From: Aplysia californica
Lineage: Eukaryota
Direction: 5' to 3'
Length of the DNA stretch: 63,819 nt
Assembly: GCF_000002075.1 (NCBI RefSeq)
Contig: NW_004797510.1
Coordinates: 182,164-245,982 of the forward strand
This document shows positions 13,234-26,419 of this stretch, in pieces; within the stretch, counting starts at the first letter, position 1; each line of letters starts with the position of its first letter. A program made the position numbers and the translations under genes. The notes below the pieces were generated by a model. That model saw only the letters and a list, made by a program, of their open reading frames with translations, was not told the origin of the DNA and made no database searches.

Positions 13234-14611
13234 CAGGGTGATCCAAAAACACTTTACAACTTGTTTTTAAAATATCTTCCTCCAAACTGAAGTTTTGCGT
13301 TTCAGATTTGAACATAACATTTGGAAGCCAAAAGAAATTTGTCGATATGTATTTTAGATAAGTCCATTGAATGGTTTTACTCTATATAGCGCATTAAAAA
13401 AACAACCCATTTTCAACCTTGTCGCCATTTTCATAGCATGGCGCACCAGTTCGCGTTAGGCCTACCACTAAAAGTTGCAACAATCGCGCCATATTGCAAG
13501 CTACAGCAGTCTAACAAGTCAACAGAAGTCGGCAGATATTATTTTTCAGATTATGGTTACGTTTAAAGAGCAGAGAGCTTTTTGTATTGAACATTACCTC
13601 TCCACAAACTCACCATCCCTGACATTCCATAAGTTCTGCGCATGGCATGGAGAGAATGTTTTGGTGCCCTCAAGACCAATGGCGTCAAGAGTAGAGAAGT
13701 TCCACCAGTTTGGATCTACAGCGAATCAGAACTAAAAAGTTCTTTAAAACATGACCACTTTAGGTTGAACACGTACCATGCGCTGCCCTTTAAACGTCAC
13801 CAGAGTGCAGATTTCAGTAGCCGAGTCCCATGAGACGTCTGTCCGTGGATGATCTGCAGCTAGGACTTTCCTACACATCAACGGTCTGCATTCTCATGGC
13901 AGATCTTAACCTAAGACTATACCATGTTCATCTCCGCTAGGCCGAGATGACATGGATCAGAGCATGGCAATGTGTTCATGATTCCTCAATTGTCTTGTAA
14001 AGAGGGATCATTTCCTCGATTACATTTGGTTTAGTGCAAAGCCCATTTTTGCCCCGCGGGATATGTTAACTTAAAAAATGCGGTCTATTGGGCACCCCAC
14101 TATATTGTCTCAAGAAGCCACTTCTTAGTGAACACGTACCGTGTATGTGGCTTTAAAAACTCATGGTTTAGCAGGTCCTTGTGTCAGTGCGCCACTGAAT
14201 AGTTCGAACGACGCGTTAAAAATGTGTCAAGTCCAAAGGAGGGAATGTGGAACACTGCTTCTAGGAATTTCAGAATGAAATCATTAGTTTTTTTTAACTC
14301 TGTAAAATAATTTAAATATTGTTTAAATGTCACAGGGATGGAAAATTAATGTCAAAGAGAAAATTATAAAAAAGGTCAACTAATCTTTTCACGACTTTCT
14401 TTACAAGATTTTTTAACATTGGTGAACTTTTTTGGGGTGCTTTTTTCTTTTAGCCGTTTCCGTTTTCAAAATATGTTTCCTCTTCGTGGATTTTATATCA
14501 AACAAATTCCTTTGGAATGAATTTTGTCTGTTCCAAATTACAGCATTCTAGAACAATTTTTGTGCGAGATATTCAGAAAAAAAGTTGTAAAGAATTTTTT
14601 GAATTACCCTG
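13234..14611 (+). mobile_element. Tc1/mariner-like DNA transposon, internally decayed (copy 1)
   Basis: TA|CAGGGTGATCCAAAA ... TTTTTGAATTACCCTG|TA termini; N-terminal HTH-like remnant EQRAFCIEHYL...KFHQFGS at 13475-13735. Confidence 0.85.
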
Positions 14612-14793
14612 TATTTTTCTCCACATTGAAGTTTAGGATTCACAACGTTTGGAAGTCAATTAGAATCTAGCTGTTATTCACTTTAGATAAATCTTCAAAA
14701 TAGTTTATCTCTATATAGAGCATACAAACCCATTTTCATCCATATTTTTATAGCATGGCGAATTAGTTCGCACTACCATTGAAAGTGCTCAAC

Positions 14794-14862
<69 letters not shown>

Positions 14863-15107
14863 ACCTTAAGACCTCCTTTATTTGATAATATACAATGCTA
14901 CATTAGCCTTACTCTCAGTTGCTCATGAGGAAGCCAACCTGACAAAACGTCAAGCCGATTCAATTATAACCCAAAATTTAAGAATTTTATTTTATGGCAA
15001 AATCAAAATGTCCAACTTAGTTTATCGACTGGGTGAGACAAATCCATGATATGATGCAGGCTAAAGACAAGAGCCATGGGAAACTTACGTTAAACTACTA
15101 TTACTAT

Positions 15108-15162
<55 letters not shown>

Positions 15163-15511
15163 GGTTCTACTACTACTACAACTACAGCTATTAATACAAC
15201 TACTACTACGACTACCNNNNNNNNNNNNNNNNNNNNNNNNNNNNNNNNNNNNNNNNNNNNNNNNNNNNNNNNNNNNNNNNNNNNNNNNNNNNNNNNNNNN
15301 NNNNNNNNNNNNNNNNNNNNNNNNNNNNNNNNNNNNNNNNNNNNNNNNNNNNNNNNNNNNNNCAGCAGATGCAGCAGCGGAAGCAGCAGCAGCATTTGCG
15401 TCAATAATAGGGATGCTAGTAATTGATAAAAGAGATTATTATTTTATTGTTATTGTTATTATTATTACTATTATGTTTTCTTATTTTTGCTGTTTTTATT
15501 ATTATTGATAA

Positions 15512-15898
15512 CATATTTCACGACGAGGTGAAATCTGGGCGCTCGTCATTTTTTTAGCATAATATGCAGTAATTGTAATCATTCGAAAAAATCAATGTAT
15601 CTTCAAACGATTGAAGGAGATAGGGTCGCTTAGTTTAAGTGGTACAATTAGAGAGAAAATGGCCGCCAAAGTTTGATATTACAATAGCCTGAAAGTTTTT
15701 GAAACTGATAAAATTGCATATTTTGTACCTTTAATCGATGTTTTTCAGCAGAATTCACACGGAAGTATGTTTTTATATGGACACGAAGGGTGTTGACCAA
15801 AAAAGGAAAAAATCGATAAAAATTGCCAAACTGACTGCCAGTTTATAAAATTTCATTATTTTGAGGAGTGCCTGATTTCACCACGATGCCTCACATAT
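15512..15898. mobile_element. MITE-like repeat family (related copies at about 3050-3140, 50480-50820, 61930-62160)
   Basis: Imperfect terminal inverted repeat GGTGAAATCTGGGCGCTC / GAGTGCCTGATTTCACC; shared core AATTAG.GAGAAAATGGCCG.CAA.GT.TG. Confidence 0.6.
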
Positions 15899-15909
15899 TA
15901 TTGTTTTTA

Positions 15910-15968
<59 letters not shown>

Positions 15969-16754
15969 ATCGAGCTCTTAAACGCTTTTATGTGAAGAAA
16001 CTATTGAACAAACCGCGTAATCTGTCTGGGTTTCTATCGCTCACGTACGGAGGGGATTATGAAAAGATTAAACATCCTAAAATCATGAAACATCGCTGCC
16101 GGCAGTTAAGAAAAAGAAACATGTTTGTTTTTTCTAAAAAATAACCATATATATTATATGGATATTATATTACAGTAAACAGCAGGCTGTACACGTGGAA
16201 ACTAGCCAAACTTTGTCCTAAAATCTTTCCACAAAAAGAAAATAGACATGAAAAAGGATGTTCGTTTTAGGAAGAAACCTTTAACCTCCTTTTTAACCTT
16301 TTGCCATCTATTCAAGGATATAACCAGCCGCTATGTGGTTTTAATTTTTTTTATAGGCATTTAATTTAGTTGACAAAGTTCGTCTTGGAGGTTTGAGAAA
16401 TGTGTCAAAGTCACTCATCAACTCATAACACGTGGTGGACCGACGGACATGATCTCTCGCTCGTTCCTGCAATAAGCAGCACCTTCTAATTAGTGTAAAA
16501 TTCAAACGATTCTGTTTGATTTGTTTGTTTTGAGGAAAGAGAAACACATCGACTCAATAATGGCCATTTAAAGCTGGGGAAAAGTAAAACAGACAGACAG
16601 AAATAAGAGAGTGAACGTAAAGAAGTGGGGCCTACCTGTGGCGCCCTCCAACCACTTGTAAACGATCCTGATCTTCCAATAGAAAATTAATTGATGATTA
16701 TAATGCCCCTTTTCTTTATGCCCTTGGGGAATTGTGGGCTGCAATGGCAAAGAC

Positions 16755-17820
16755 GAATGAACAAAATTTATTATCATTGCTACACGATATATACTATTAC
16801 AGACAAACCACAGACAATCAGCAGACTACAGGTGCTTTTGACCTATTAATTTTAATGCAATTAGACATCCAGTGGTGCTACTGTGTGCCTCCATTTTTTC
16901 AAATTAGGCACGAAGATATAGGATCCTATTTAAGAAAAAGAATTAATGTTTTCTTAAAAAACTAGCTTCTAGAACTGTCCAAGTAAATCTAAATAAAACA
17001 ACATTTTACTTTGAGAGGTGGTGGATGTGGTCTGCTGATGTCACCCCTTTTGATGAGAGTTATAGAGTTCAACTCTAAATGTCGTGAAACATGCACGCTG
17101 GTCGAGTGGGTAATGCATAGTAATATCATTATTGTTTTATGTGGGTAACTAGCCTACTGGAGTGAGGTGTCCTTGAGCAGAGCACGATGACCGTGATTGA
17201 AAAACAGACTACTGCACATTGAAGACCATCTCTTTATCTCCGGCAAGCCGCTCCCAGCGGGTCGCGGTCAGAACCACTGTGACGGTGAGCCACTCGGCTC
17301 GGGCACATTCATTTACGACGACTTCGACATCGAATTACTTTTCGCCAGTTGCCGAAAACAGGTCTCTTATACCGAAAGATCATTCATTATACGAGAACTA
17401 TCGAAATAGGTTTGCTAGTTTCGATTTATTTACCCATTTAATGACGTTTTCGTTATTTTTAGATTTGACATAAAAAAAGGGCCCAGGCGTAGTCGGTTTA
17501 CTCCCCTCGGACATAAAGAGTTTTAACTTCATACCCAAGAGTGTTGCACCTCCAGGTCCCAAAAAATAGAGACAGGACCATTTTTATCTCAGCAGTAAAT
17601 GAAAAAAAATTATTATCAATGTTTCACGATACACACTTTTTCAGACAAACCACTGATAATCAGCAGACTATAGATGTTTTTGCCCTACAACCTTTAGTGT
17701 AATTAACCAGCCAGTGGTGTTACTGTGTGTCTCCATTCTTTAGAGAAGGAACGAAGATAGATGATCTTATTTAAGAAAAAGAATTAATGTTTCCTAAAGA
17801 ACTAGCTTCTAGAACTGTTC
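16755..17820. repeat. Pair of diverged ~220-bp direct repeats (16755-16980 and 17596-17820)
   Basis: Shared CAGACAAACCAC..AATCAGCAGACTA, CCAGTGGTG.TACTGTGTG and TATTTAAGAAAAAGAATTAATGTTT..AACTAGCTTCTAGAACTGT. Confidence 0.85.
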
Positions 17821-18932
17821 TAGAACTTATTCCCGTACAGTTGTCGAGTCTTCTGTCAAAATACATGAAAAATAAAACGTATAATTAAAAGGGTTCAAGT
17901 CTGGGAAATACCGTGGCGATTAATTTGTAAGCTTACGGCTTAAAATCTGTCCCACACTATTCTTGCAGCTGTACAAGTGGTCACTCTTGCCAGTGAGGTG
18001 TAGCCTCATCCCACTGGAGCCAGGCTTTCAAGCCTAACACCTACTCTTCAGTAAACTTCTGGATATTCTCAGCATCGTGAGCAGATAGACATCCATCGGA
18101 TGTGGCTGTTGTGGTTTTACGGTCCTTATACTGAAACCAGAATGGGCAAATAACACCCATGTAGCTAAACCCCAGTATGAAGTAGAAGTTACACGTTTTT
18201 AAAAATGTTTAAAAGTTGATATTTTTGGAACACACAATTGTTGAATTGTCTTCCTTTTTATAAGCGTGACGTCTCTCTTGTTGAATTTAATCTATTCGAA
18301 GTCATGTTGAAATAAATGCAGAGATGTCCGAGTTAATACATTGAAGTTGGTACTATTTTTTAAAAAGACACCCTGTATTAAGTTTTCAAAACAATTTCTT
18401 TTTGTCGTCTTTGCAAAAACCTACTGTTAGTGCCAATCCTATTTCAGTCCGTACTAGTTTTACTTGGCTGGGGTTTTCCGCATTTATTTTGGTTGTGTTT
18501 TGTTTCTTTTTTTCAAGCGATTCGATTAAAAAGTAAATCGGACAAGCAGTTCTTTTTGTAATACCCTGTCGGGTTTCTGCACGTTTATCAAAACATCACC
18601 AGCTGTTCTCAGTCAGACTTGGCAATCCCAATTATTTGAACTACACGCCACTGTTTACTGAAACGAATTGCCCTTTGAATGTTTTATATCCTTGTTTTCT
18701 CCCAATCACATATCGTTACTTATTAAAATCATCTTATCCCTAAGACTTCTNNNNNNNNNNNNNNNNNNNNNNNNNNNNNNNNNNNNNNNNNNNNNNNNNN
18801 NNNNNNNNNNNNNNNNNNNNNNNNNNNNNNNNNNNNNNNNNNNNNNNNNNNNNNNNNNNNNNNNNNNNNNNNNNNNNNNNNNNNNNNNNNNNNNNNNNNN
18901 NNNNNNNNNNNNNNNNNNNNNNNNNNNNNNNN

Positions 18933-19138
18933 GTATGGGTTTAACACCCCTATCAACACTATTAGGTTATTTAAGGGGCGGGACCTCATAGTTTAACGTC
19001 CGTCTCCGATACGACCGATCCAAGTGGGAAGTTCGTGTAAAGTGCCTTTCCCAAGGACACAACGTCGTACGGAGCTGAGGCTCGAACCCCCGAACCCGCA
19101 ATCTCACGATTACGAGTCCGGTAGCCTAACCACTAAGG
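18933..19138 (-). mobile_element. tRNA-derived CORE-type SINE fragment (related pieces at about 59100-59200 and 1265-1300)
   Basis: Minus strand shows a tRNA-like head with GGTTCGA B box followed by the CORE-like TGTGTCCTTGGGAAAGGCACTTTAC. Confidence 0.6.
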
Positions 19139-19476
19139 NNNNNNNNNNNNNNNNNNNNNNNNNNNNNNNNNNNNNNNNNNNNNNNNNNNNNNNNNNNNNN
19201 NNNNNNNNNNNNNNNNNNNNNNNNNNNNNNNNNNNNNNNNNNNNNNNNNNNNNNNNNNNNNNNNNNNNNNNNNNNNNNNNNNNNNNNNNNNNNNNNNNNN
19301 NNNNNNNNNNNNNNNNNNNNNNNNNNNNNNNNNNNNNNNNNNNNNNNNNNNNNNNNNNNNNNNNNNNNNNNNNNNNNNNNNNNNNNNNNNNNNNNNNNNN
19401 NNNNNNNNNNNNNNNNNNNNNNNNNNNNCTTTGTTTTACCTTTGTAATTGTGCTGTTTGCTTTTTATTTATTACAA

Positions 19477-20260
19477 ATGAAGGTCATCATTCAGTTTGAC
19501 GGTTCAGCATCAAACAGCTTCAACATAAATAGCCACCTAAAGCAAGGTTGTGTCTTAGCACCAACCCTTTTTAGCACTTATTTTGCTGTCATACTGCAAC
19601 AAGCATAAAAATAGTCACCAGAGGAAGTCTTCCTTCACTGGAGAACAGATGAGTCGCTCTTCAATCTTCCTCGACTCAAGGCCAAGACAAAGATCCTCAA
19701 AATAAGACCACGAGACCTTCTCTTAGCCGGTGGTGCTGCTCTTGTTGCTCACACTGAATCAACTCTACAAACAACGATGGGCCGCCTATCAACAGCATGC
19801 AAGGTTTTTAACTTTGTCATCAGTGTTAAGATAAAAGTCATCCTCACCCAAAAAGACGCAGAGTAGAGCCTTATATGGCTAAACGACAAGGTACTTGAGA
19901 CAGTGGACATGTTCTGTTACCTGGGGTCTACCATCAGCTCTACTACATCACTTGATAATGATGATAGGGAAAGCAGCAACAACTTTTGGAAGGCTGACCA
20001 AACGAGCATGGGAAAAAATATTAACCATAAAAAACGAAGATCACGATTTACGAAGCATGTGTCCTCAGCACACTCCTTTATGGGTCTGAAACATGGACCT
20101 TGTACAGCAGACGCGAAATTTTTCATCTCAAATGCTGACGCAAGATCTTAAGCATTTCGTGGCGTAGCAAGGTTATACATGTAGAAGTGTTGGCACGGGC
20201 AAACCTCCAGAGCAGGACAACCATCCTGTGTTTAAAAAGATTGAGATGGCTGACATGGAA
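19477..20260 (+). mobile_element. RTE/BovB-like LINE RT fragment
   Basis: LKQGCVLAPTLFS.YF, RTD.SLFNL.RLKAKTK, eroded FADD region, FCYLGSTISS; stops present. Confidence 0.85.
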
Positions 20261-20299
20261 CCCCAGAGCTGAATCAACACCATAACACCTATAGAAATT

Positions 20300-21300
20300 C
20301 AACCACATAACGATCTTCCCCAAGCTTCCAACGTTTATAAAAAGCCTCGGCTCGCAGAAGTGGGAGCTGCTGCTGAATCGAGCAAACCTACTGGAAAAAG
20401 GACCTTTACTGCTGCTTCTGTCCTCCCCCCTCCCATAGAGCTTTTGATGCAGCCGTATGTGACTATCCGCTGCACCGATGCACAAAAGAAGATAACAGAT
20501 CTTACCGTTTTAAAGACTGGTGATGCACTATAACAGGTTATGGGATCCATCTCAGCGAATGTTTAAAAGCTGTCCTTTGGTGCACTCCTCATCAAGTGTG
20601 CATCGGAAAAAGATGTGGTCGGACTTGAGAAGATCACGATCCTCGGTGGTATTTCTTGTGTTTCCGAGAGCACGAACAATTCAGCCAGTCGAATGACAAG
20701 GTCAGCAGTCAAGGCTGCTCAAATGAAGAAATTGTGGGTAATTGGGAGGGTTTTGTCGGAGCCCGTCAGATAACTCTTTGACCGTGGAAGACCACACTAA
20801 AAACGAGTGCGATAGTTCTTTGATTCGTGCCTCCCTCCAGCCACCGCATCATACTTGTCCTCGACGATCAACCCTATGTGCCAAACCCTCTGCGCTGCTT
20901 CCAGTGTCAGAAGTTTGTCCAGAGTCAGTCACGATGCTGACGTGTGTCTGTGTGTCCTCGCTGTGACAAGACCGGACATCCTGAAAAAAGAATGAAAGGC
21001 GTGTTCTTGCAGCCCAAATTGCCATGGCCAGCATACAGCCTCCAGCAAGGAGTGCCCGGTTTGGCTTCAAGAATGCTCAATTCAGGAATATAAAACGCGA
21101 AAAGGCTGCTTTTTTCAAGAAACCTGCAAAGCTGTCTACCCGCCAGTCGCGACACCAGTCCCTGGCCGATCCTATGTAAAGTCAGCCAGGCCAGACACGA
21201 AGTCGGCTATTACCCTACTGCGAACCTCCCAGAGCCTGCTGTCAACAAAGTTTCTACACAGAAAAAGAATTTCCCTACTACCCATGTGGCATCCACCTTT
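20300..21300 (+). mobile_element. Decayed LINE ORF1 (gag-like zinc-knuckle) remnant
   Basis: NCHGQHTASSKECP knuckle near 21015-21060, then a low-complexity Ser/Pro tail; many frameshifts. Confidence 0.45.
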
Positions 21301-21655
21301 AAGGTGCCACTCTTCAAGTGTTTTAGGGTTCTTGGGGAAGACAGAGTGGATTCTTCCTCCTCTTTTTCTTCTTCTCCTCCCCCTCTTCTACCCCTTCTTA
21401 CTTTCTTCCTCCTCTTCTACCTCTCCCTCCTCACGCCAAACCCCTCTGATGAAGTGCGAGGTGCTTCCTCGCCCCACTCAGGAATCTTACTACTAATGGA
21501 GCTAAGGCCAAATTTTGCGAACAGTATATTCTCAGAAACTACCTAATGGAAAAATATGAAATTTTGCAAGTACCCATAGCTTGAAACGTGATGTTGCACT
21601 ATTGTATTTTCATTAAGATCAAATGTGTAAGAAGAAAGCACATTTTAAGTTAAAT

Positions 21656-22151
21656 CAATGATAGTAAATAACAAGATGGGCCACTCAGCCAAAAAAGTGT
21701 CCACAGGAAGTATGCTCTTTGCTTCAGATGGCGCTGCAGTCTGTTTTGAAGCTCTCTTTCGTTTTTCCAGAAGAAGAATAGGAATAGCACCTCCTTGCGT
21801 GCGCAGATCGACTGCTGTTCATCAGCAGTTCGGGTACGTTCAGTGCGGAGTTTTAGGTTTTTTTATATTTTAATGACCTCTCGCCTTTCATTCTAAATTC
21901 AAATTAAACAAAGAAAACCATCACCCTTTCCTCCTGAAGAGGTTTTTTGTCAGCGTAACCATTTTAAAAAAGCGTTCTTCCGAAATTTATCCCAAAACTT
22001 GCTAGTTTCACTTTGATTTTTTAAAACTCAAGTAGGGTAACTCTGTTCGCAAAGAGTGCGCTTTTGTGAAGAGGGCGCCACCAAATTTTGAGGACACTTT
22101 TTTAATTGGCTCAAAGAGAGAAGTGGCCCATCTTGTTATGTACTATCTTTG
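21656..22151. mobile_element. MITE with P-element/Galileo-like ends
   Basis: About 30-bp TIR CAATGATAGTAAATAACAAGATGGGCCACT (2 mismatches to the right end); 7-bp TSD GTTAAAT at 21649-21655 and 22152-22158. Confidence 0.8.
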
Positions 22152-22875
22152 GTTAAATTCAGCCACCATTTGCTTCGACATTGTATATATTCACTGCGGA
22201 GTGCCGACTGCGCCGAAGGATATTTTATGTTCAGTTATACATTAAAAGTAGACTTACGGGAATTCCCGGTTTTGATTACACGCCTGTGACTTTGACCGTC
22301 TTCTATCAGCGGGTTTGGAGCGCTCATAGAAGAAGAAGAAAAAGAAGGAGGTGTAGATGGTATATGGAGGAGAAGAAGAAGAAGAAGAAGAAGAAGAAGA
22401 AGAAGAAGAAGAAGAAGAAGAAGNNNNNNNNNNNNNNNNNNNNNNNNNNNNNNNNNNNNNNNNNNNNNNNNNNNNNNNNNNNNNNNNNNNNNNNNNNNNN
22501 NNNNNNNNNNNNNNNNNNNNNNNNNNNNNNNNNNNNNNNNNNNNNNNNNNNNNNNNNNNNNNNNNNNNNNNNNNNNNNNNNNNNNNNNNNNNNNNNNNNN
22601 NNNNNNNNNNNNNNNNNNNNNNNNNNNNNNNNNNNNNNNNNNNNNNNNNNNNNNNNNNNNNNNNNNNNNNNNNNNNNNNNNNNNNNNNNNNNNNNNNNNN
22701 NNNNNNNNNNNNNNNNNNNNNNNNNNNNNNNNNNNNNNNNNNNNNNNNNNNNNNNNNNNNNNNNNNNNNNNNNNNNNNNNNNNNNNNNNNNNNNNNNNNN
22801 NNNNNNNNNNNNNNNNNNNNNNNNNNNNNNNNNNNNNNNNNNNNNNNNNNNNNNNNNNNNNNNNNNNNNNNNNNN

Positions 22876-22924
<49 letters not shown>

Positions 22925-23109
22925 GAAAGAGATAGAGGAGGCCAGAAAGCACTGTAAAGGGAGGGTGGTGAGAGTGACAGGGAGGGTGTCGTCGAAAGCG
23001 CCAAGAGTAGCCTAACGTAGGCCTACTTAATGTATTCATGGGTCAAAGTCAAAGGTTTAGCCAATCGTAGCCCGGTTTACGCCCTGCGAATAGTCGCATG
23101 TGTGTGAGT

Positions 23110-23760
23110 ATGTCAAGATCTAATATCTAGATCAAGATAAAAAAACCATGAAAGTAGAAAGTATTGAAAGTAGATTTCTCCTGCAGGGGATTTAGCCCCC
23201 ACGCCAAAGGATGAGTGTATTTTGTGCACAGTGTCTAGATGAGATCTAGAATCTAGATTTAAATCGAGATCAAGAAGAATCATGAAATGAAAGTAGAATC
23301 TAGATCTGTGATATTTCGATAACCTATGGAATATTGAAAGTGGATTTTTTTCTTGCTGTGCATTATAGATTTTAAGATCTAGATCTAAGCTAGATCTATA
23401 TGTGAATCTTAGAATCTTAGATCAAGAATGATGAAAGTATTGAACGTGGATTTTTTTCCAGTTGAGAATAGATCTAGAGTCTAGAACTAGGCTGTCGGTG
23501 AATCTAGATCGAGATCAAGAATCATGAAAGTATTCTTGAAAGTGGATTTTTCCTGCTGTGAATAGATCTATTCTAGAAATCTAGGCCATCTGTGACGCCT
23601 GTCCGTTGTTAAAAATGTGAACTTCTAAAACTAGATCTATCTATGGGCCTAGGCTCCTTCTTTCAATTATTGGCCTATGTCTTTATAATCCTTCGAGTTC
23701 TAGGCTAGATCTGGAATTTAGATTAGGTTATTCTAGGAAGCAACAATTGGCATGTAGGCC
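23110..23760. repeat. TCTAGA/AGATCT-rich region with four degenerate tandem units
   Basis: Unit AGATCAAGA..ATGAAAGTATTGAAAGTGGATTT..CCTGC at about 23130, 23267, 23419 and 23512. Confidence 0.7.
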
Positions 23761-23999
23761 TAACTCTTTTTTAAAAAAGTGATTGAGCTGGAACCTTATG
23801 AGAAAATGCCACGCCTTCGAAGAGGGGGGAGAAGTCTTACCCCTAGAGGTAGTCGAGAGGGGGTGCTACATGGATAAATTCAAAGGTAAAATATTTATGT
23901 TTTGTTTCTTTTCTGTTTTCAGTCTTTTTCCTCTTCTTAACTTTCCTAATACTTCTTCATTATTATTCCGTTCGTAGAACGGGCACTTTTACTAGTATT

Positions 24000-26000
24000 T
24001 CCCAATTCTTCTAAAAAAACCAATTGCCTCCAAAACGACCCTATCCTGGAAGGCTTCAATTATTTAAAAGCGCACTTGACGGTTCCCCATTGAATATTCC
24101 CAGAAACTGAATCCCCTTACGGCTTCAACTACCAGATATTCCTTGAAACACTTCTAGAAATATGTCAGTAATACATACCAAAAACATCTCCAAAAACCAG
24201 GAAGAACAAGATCTGATTCAACGGGGATGTGATAAAAAGGAAGGCAGAATATTGGAGTGCCTTCGACAACAATGCCACAGAAAAATTGCTTTAAATCTCG
24301 GACTGAGGCAATTAGATGCCCCGGGGAGTGCAAAAGACAATCCTTTCGAAAATATATTTCCAAAATCAGCAGTAATAGCTAAAAAATAATTTGTCGGACT
24401 CCAATTGGCATGTTCAGAGGCCGGATGGATGCACAACAGAAACACAAATGGATATCGCAAGCACAATAACTACATCTCTCTCCAATCATCCAAAGCAGGC
24501 TACAGCACCACCTTTCAAAACATTAAAACTAACATAGAACAACAACTCCTAAACATCCTTTCAAACAACACAGAAACCTTCAACGCAGACTTCACACTAG
24601 ACGAACTAACATCATGCATCTTAAACCTGTGACATCCACAACCAGATCATTAGACACTTACCAACAGAAACACTCTTTCAGAAGACATACAGCGGCTGCA
24701 CACCTCTCAGAAGTTTTGGCGACTCGCCACTGTTATTCCAACGCTCAAATCAAACCAAAACCACACACACACACCCAACTTTAGACCAATCACCTTAACA
24801 ACATGTCCATGCAAACTAATAGAAAAAAAAGATAATCAGGCTGCTTCTGTGGTTTCTGGAGACTATGGGATCGTTGAGCGATCTCCACTGCCGATTCAGG
24901 AAACTCGATCACCTTGTCCGCCAGAAGACCTTTATACGCAAGACCTATGACGAAAGAGGCAACGTGATCGCAATCGTATTTTACCTTCAAAAAGCCTTCG
25001 ACCAAACCTGGATGTACTGCATTCTTAGAAACCTGCACGCTCTCTTCGTAGTCATCTCCCTGCCTTCATTGGCAATATTATCATTTTCTAAAGAAATGTT
25101 CCTTCTAGGATTGTGTCTGATCCTCCCTTTTAGATCCCCACCAACAGGTAGAATGACGAGGTGTTCCTCTGAGAAGCATTCTTTCTCCTTTCCTCTTCGT
25201 TCAGACCCTCCAAAAAACATAGACAACTCATTATACGTTGATAACTTTCTGATATGCTACGTTCCAGAAATCCTGAACTAAAATCTATGGAAAGGCAACT
25301 GCAAACTCAGCTATACAAGCTTGAAAATTAGACAAAAGAAAACTGTTTCAAGTTTCCCCCGTCAAAGACAGCTGTGATCTGCTTCTGCCGATCAAGCTGT
25401 CGTGTGCTTGGGCGAGATTTGACATTATACGTGGAAAGGATTTCCGTTCTGAACAAGGCTCGTTTTCTCAGAATTATATTTGACAAAAAAAGCTTACGTT
25501 CATTCCACACATAAAAGATCGTGTGAGGTTCCAGAAAGCTTTAAATGATGGGAAAATGTTATCACTTCTGGAATGGGGTGAGGACTCAAAACACCTTTTC
25601 CTCATAAATTACTGTTTCAGACTTGATTATAGCTGTCAAGTCTATGGATCGGCAAAACCCCGCGCCCTAATACTAATATGCTAAACCTAGTACAAAGCCT
25701 AGGACTCCGCCTCGCCCTGGGGTTTTTCCGCACTTCTCCAGAGGAGAGCTTCCAGACCGCGTCAAACATACGATCCCTAACACACATGGGCACACAACTC
25801 CCACTACAATACTCAATTAAACAGATATCAATACCAGGTATCCAGCACCCGACTGAATTGTTGGCATACACCCAGACATCATAAACAAATTAAAAAACAC
25901 GACAAACTAATGAAACCTTTCGGTCTCAGAGTCCTTGAGGACCTCAAAAGCACAGATTTCTCCAAACAAGACATTGAACAATTTCTTTTCTCCGAACCTA
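24000..26000 (+). mobile_element. Decayed I/Nimb-like LINE ORF2 (RT) fragment
   Basis: NFRPITLT.C.CKL.EK, LDHLVR, VF.LQKAFDQTW, SLYVDN (YxDD-like), GLRLALGFFRTSP; multiple frameshifts. Confidence 0.8.
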
Positions 26001-26419
26001 CCTTTATATAATATACTGTATAATAATATATAAATATTATGATAAATACATACNNNNNNNNNNNNNNNNNNNNNNNNNNNNNNNNNNNNNNNNNNNNNNN
26101 NNNNNNNNNNNNNNNNNNNNNNNNNNNNNNNNNNNNNNNNNNNNNNNNNNNNNNNNNNNNNNNNNNNNNNNNNNNNNNNNNNNNNNNNNNNNNNNNNNNN
26201 NNNNNNNNNNNNNNNNNNNNNNNNNNNNNNNNNNAGTTCTTTATTCCTTTTTGTTTGAGGGGAATGGGGGAGGACGGTGGCTCGTTACATTTGTCTGGCT
26301 GATGTGACAGATTTGGCTGAATGGGTGCAAAAAGTTATGTTTATACGTGAGCACTCCTTCTTAAGGGATTAAACAATAATAGGAGTGGCAGTGTGGGGAA
26401 TGTAGGGGTGGATTAGAAT

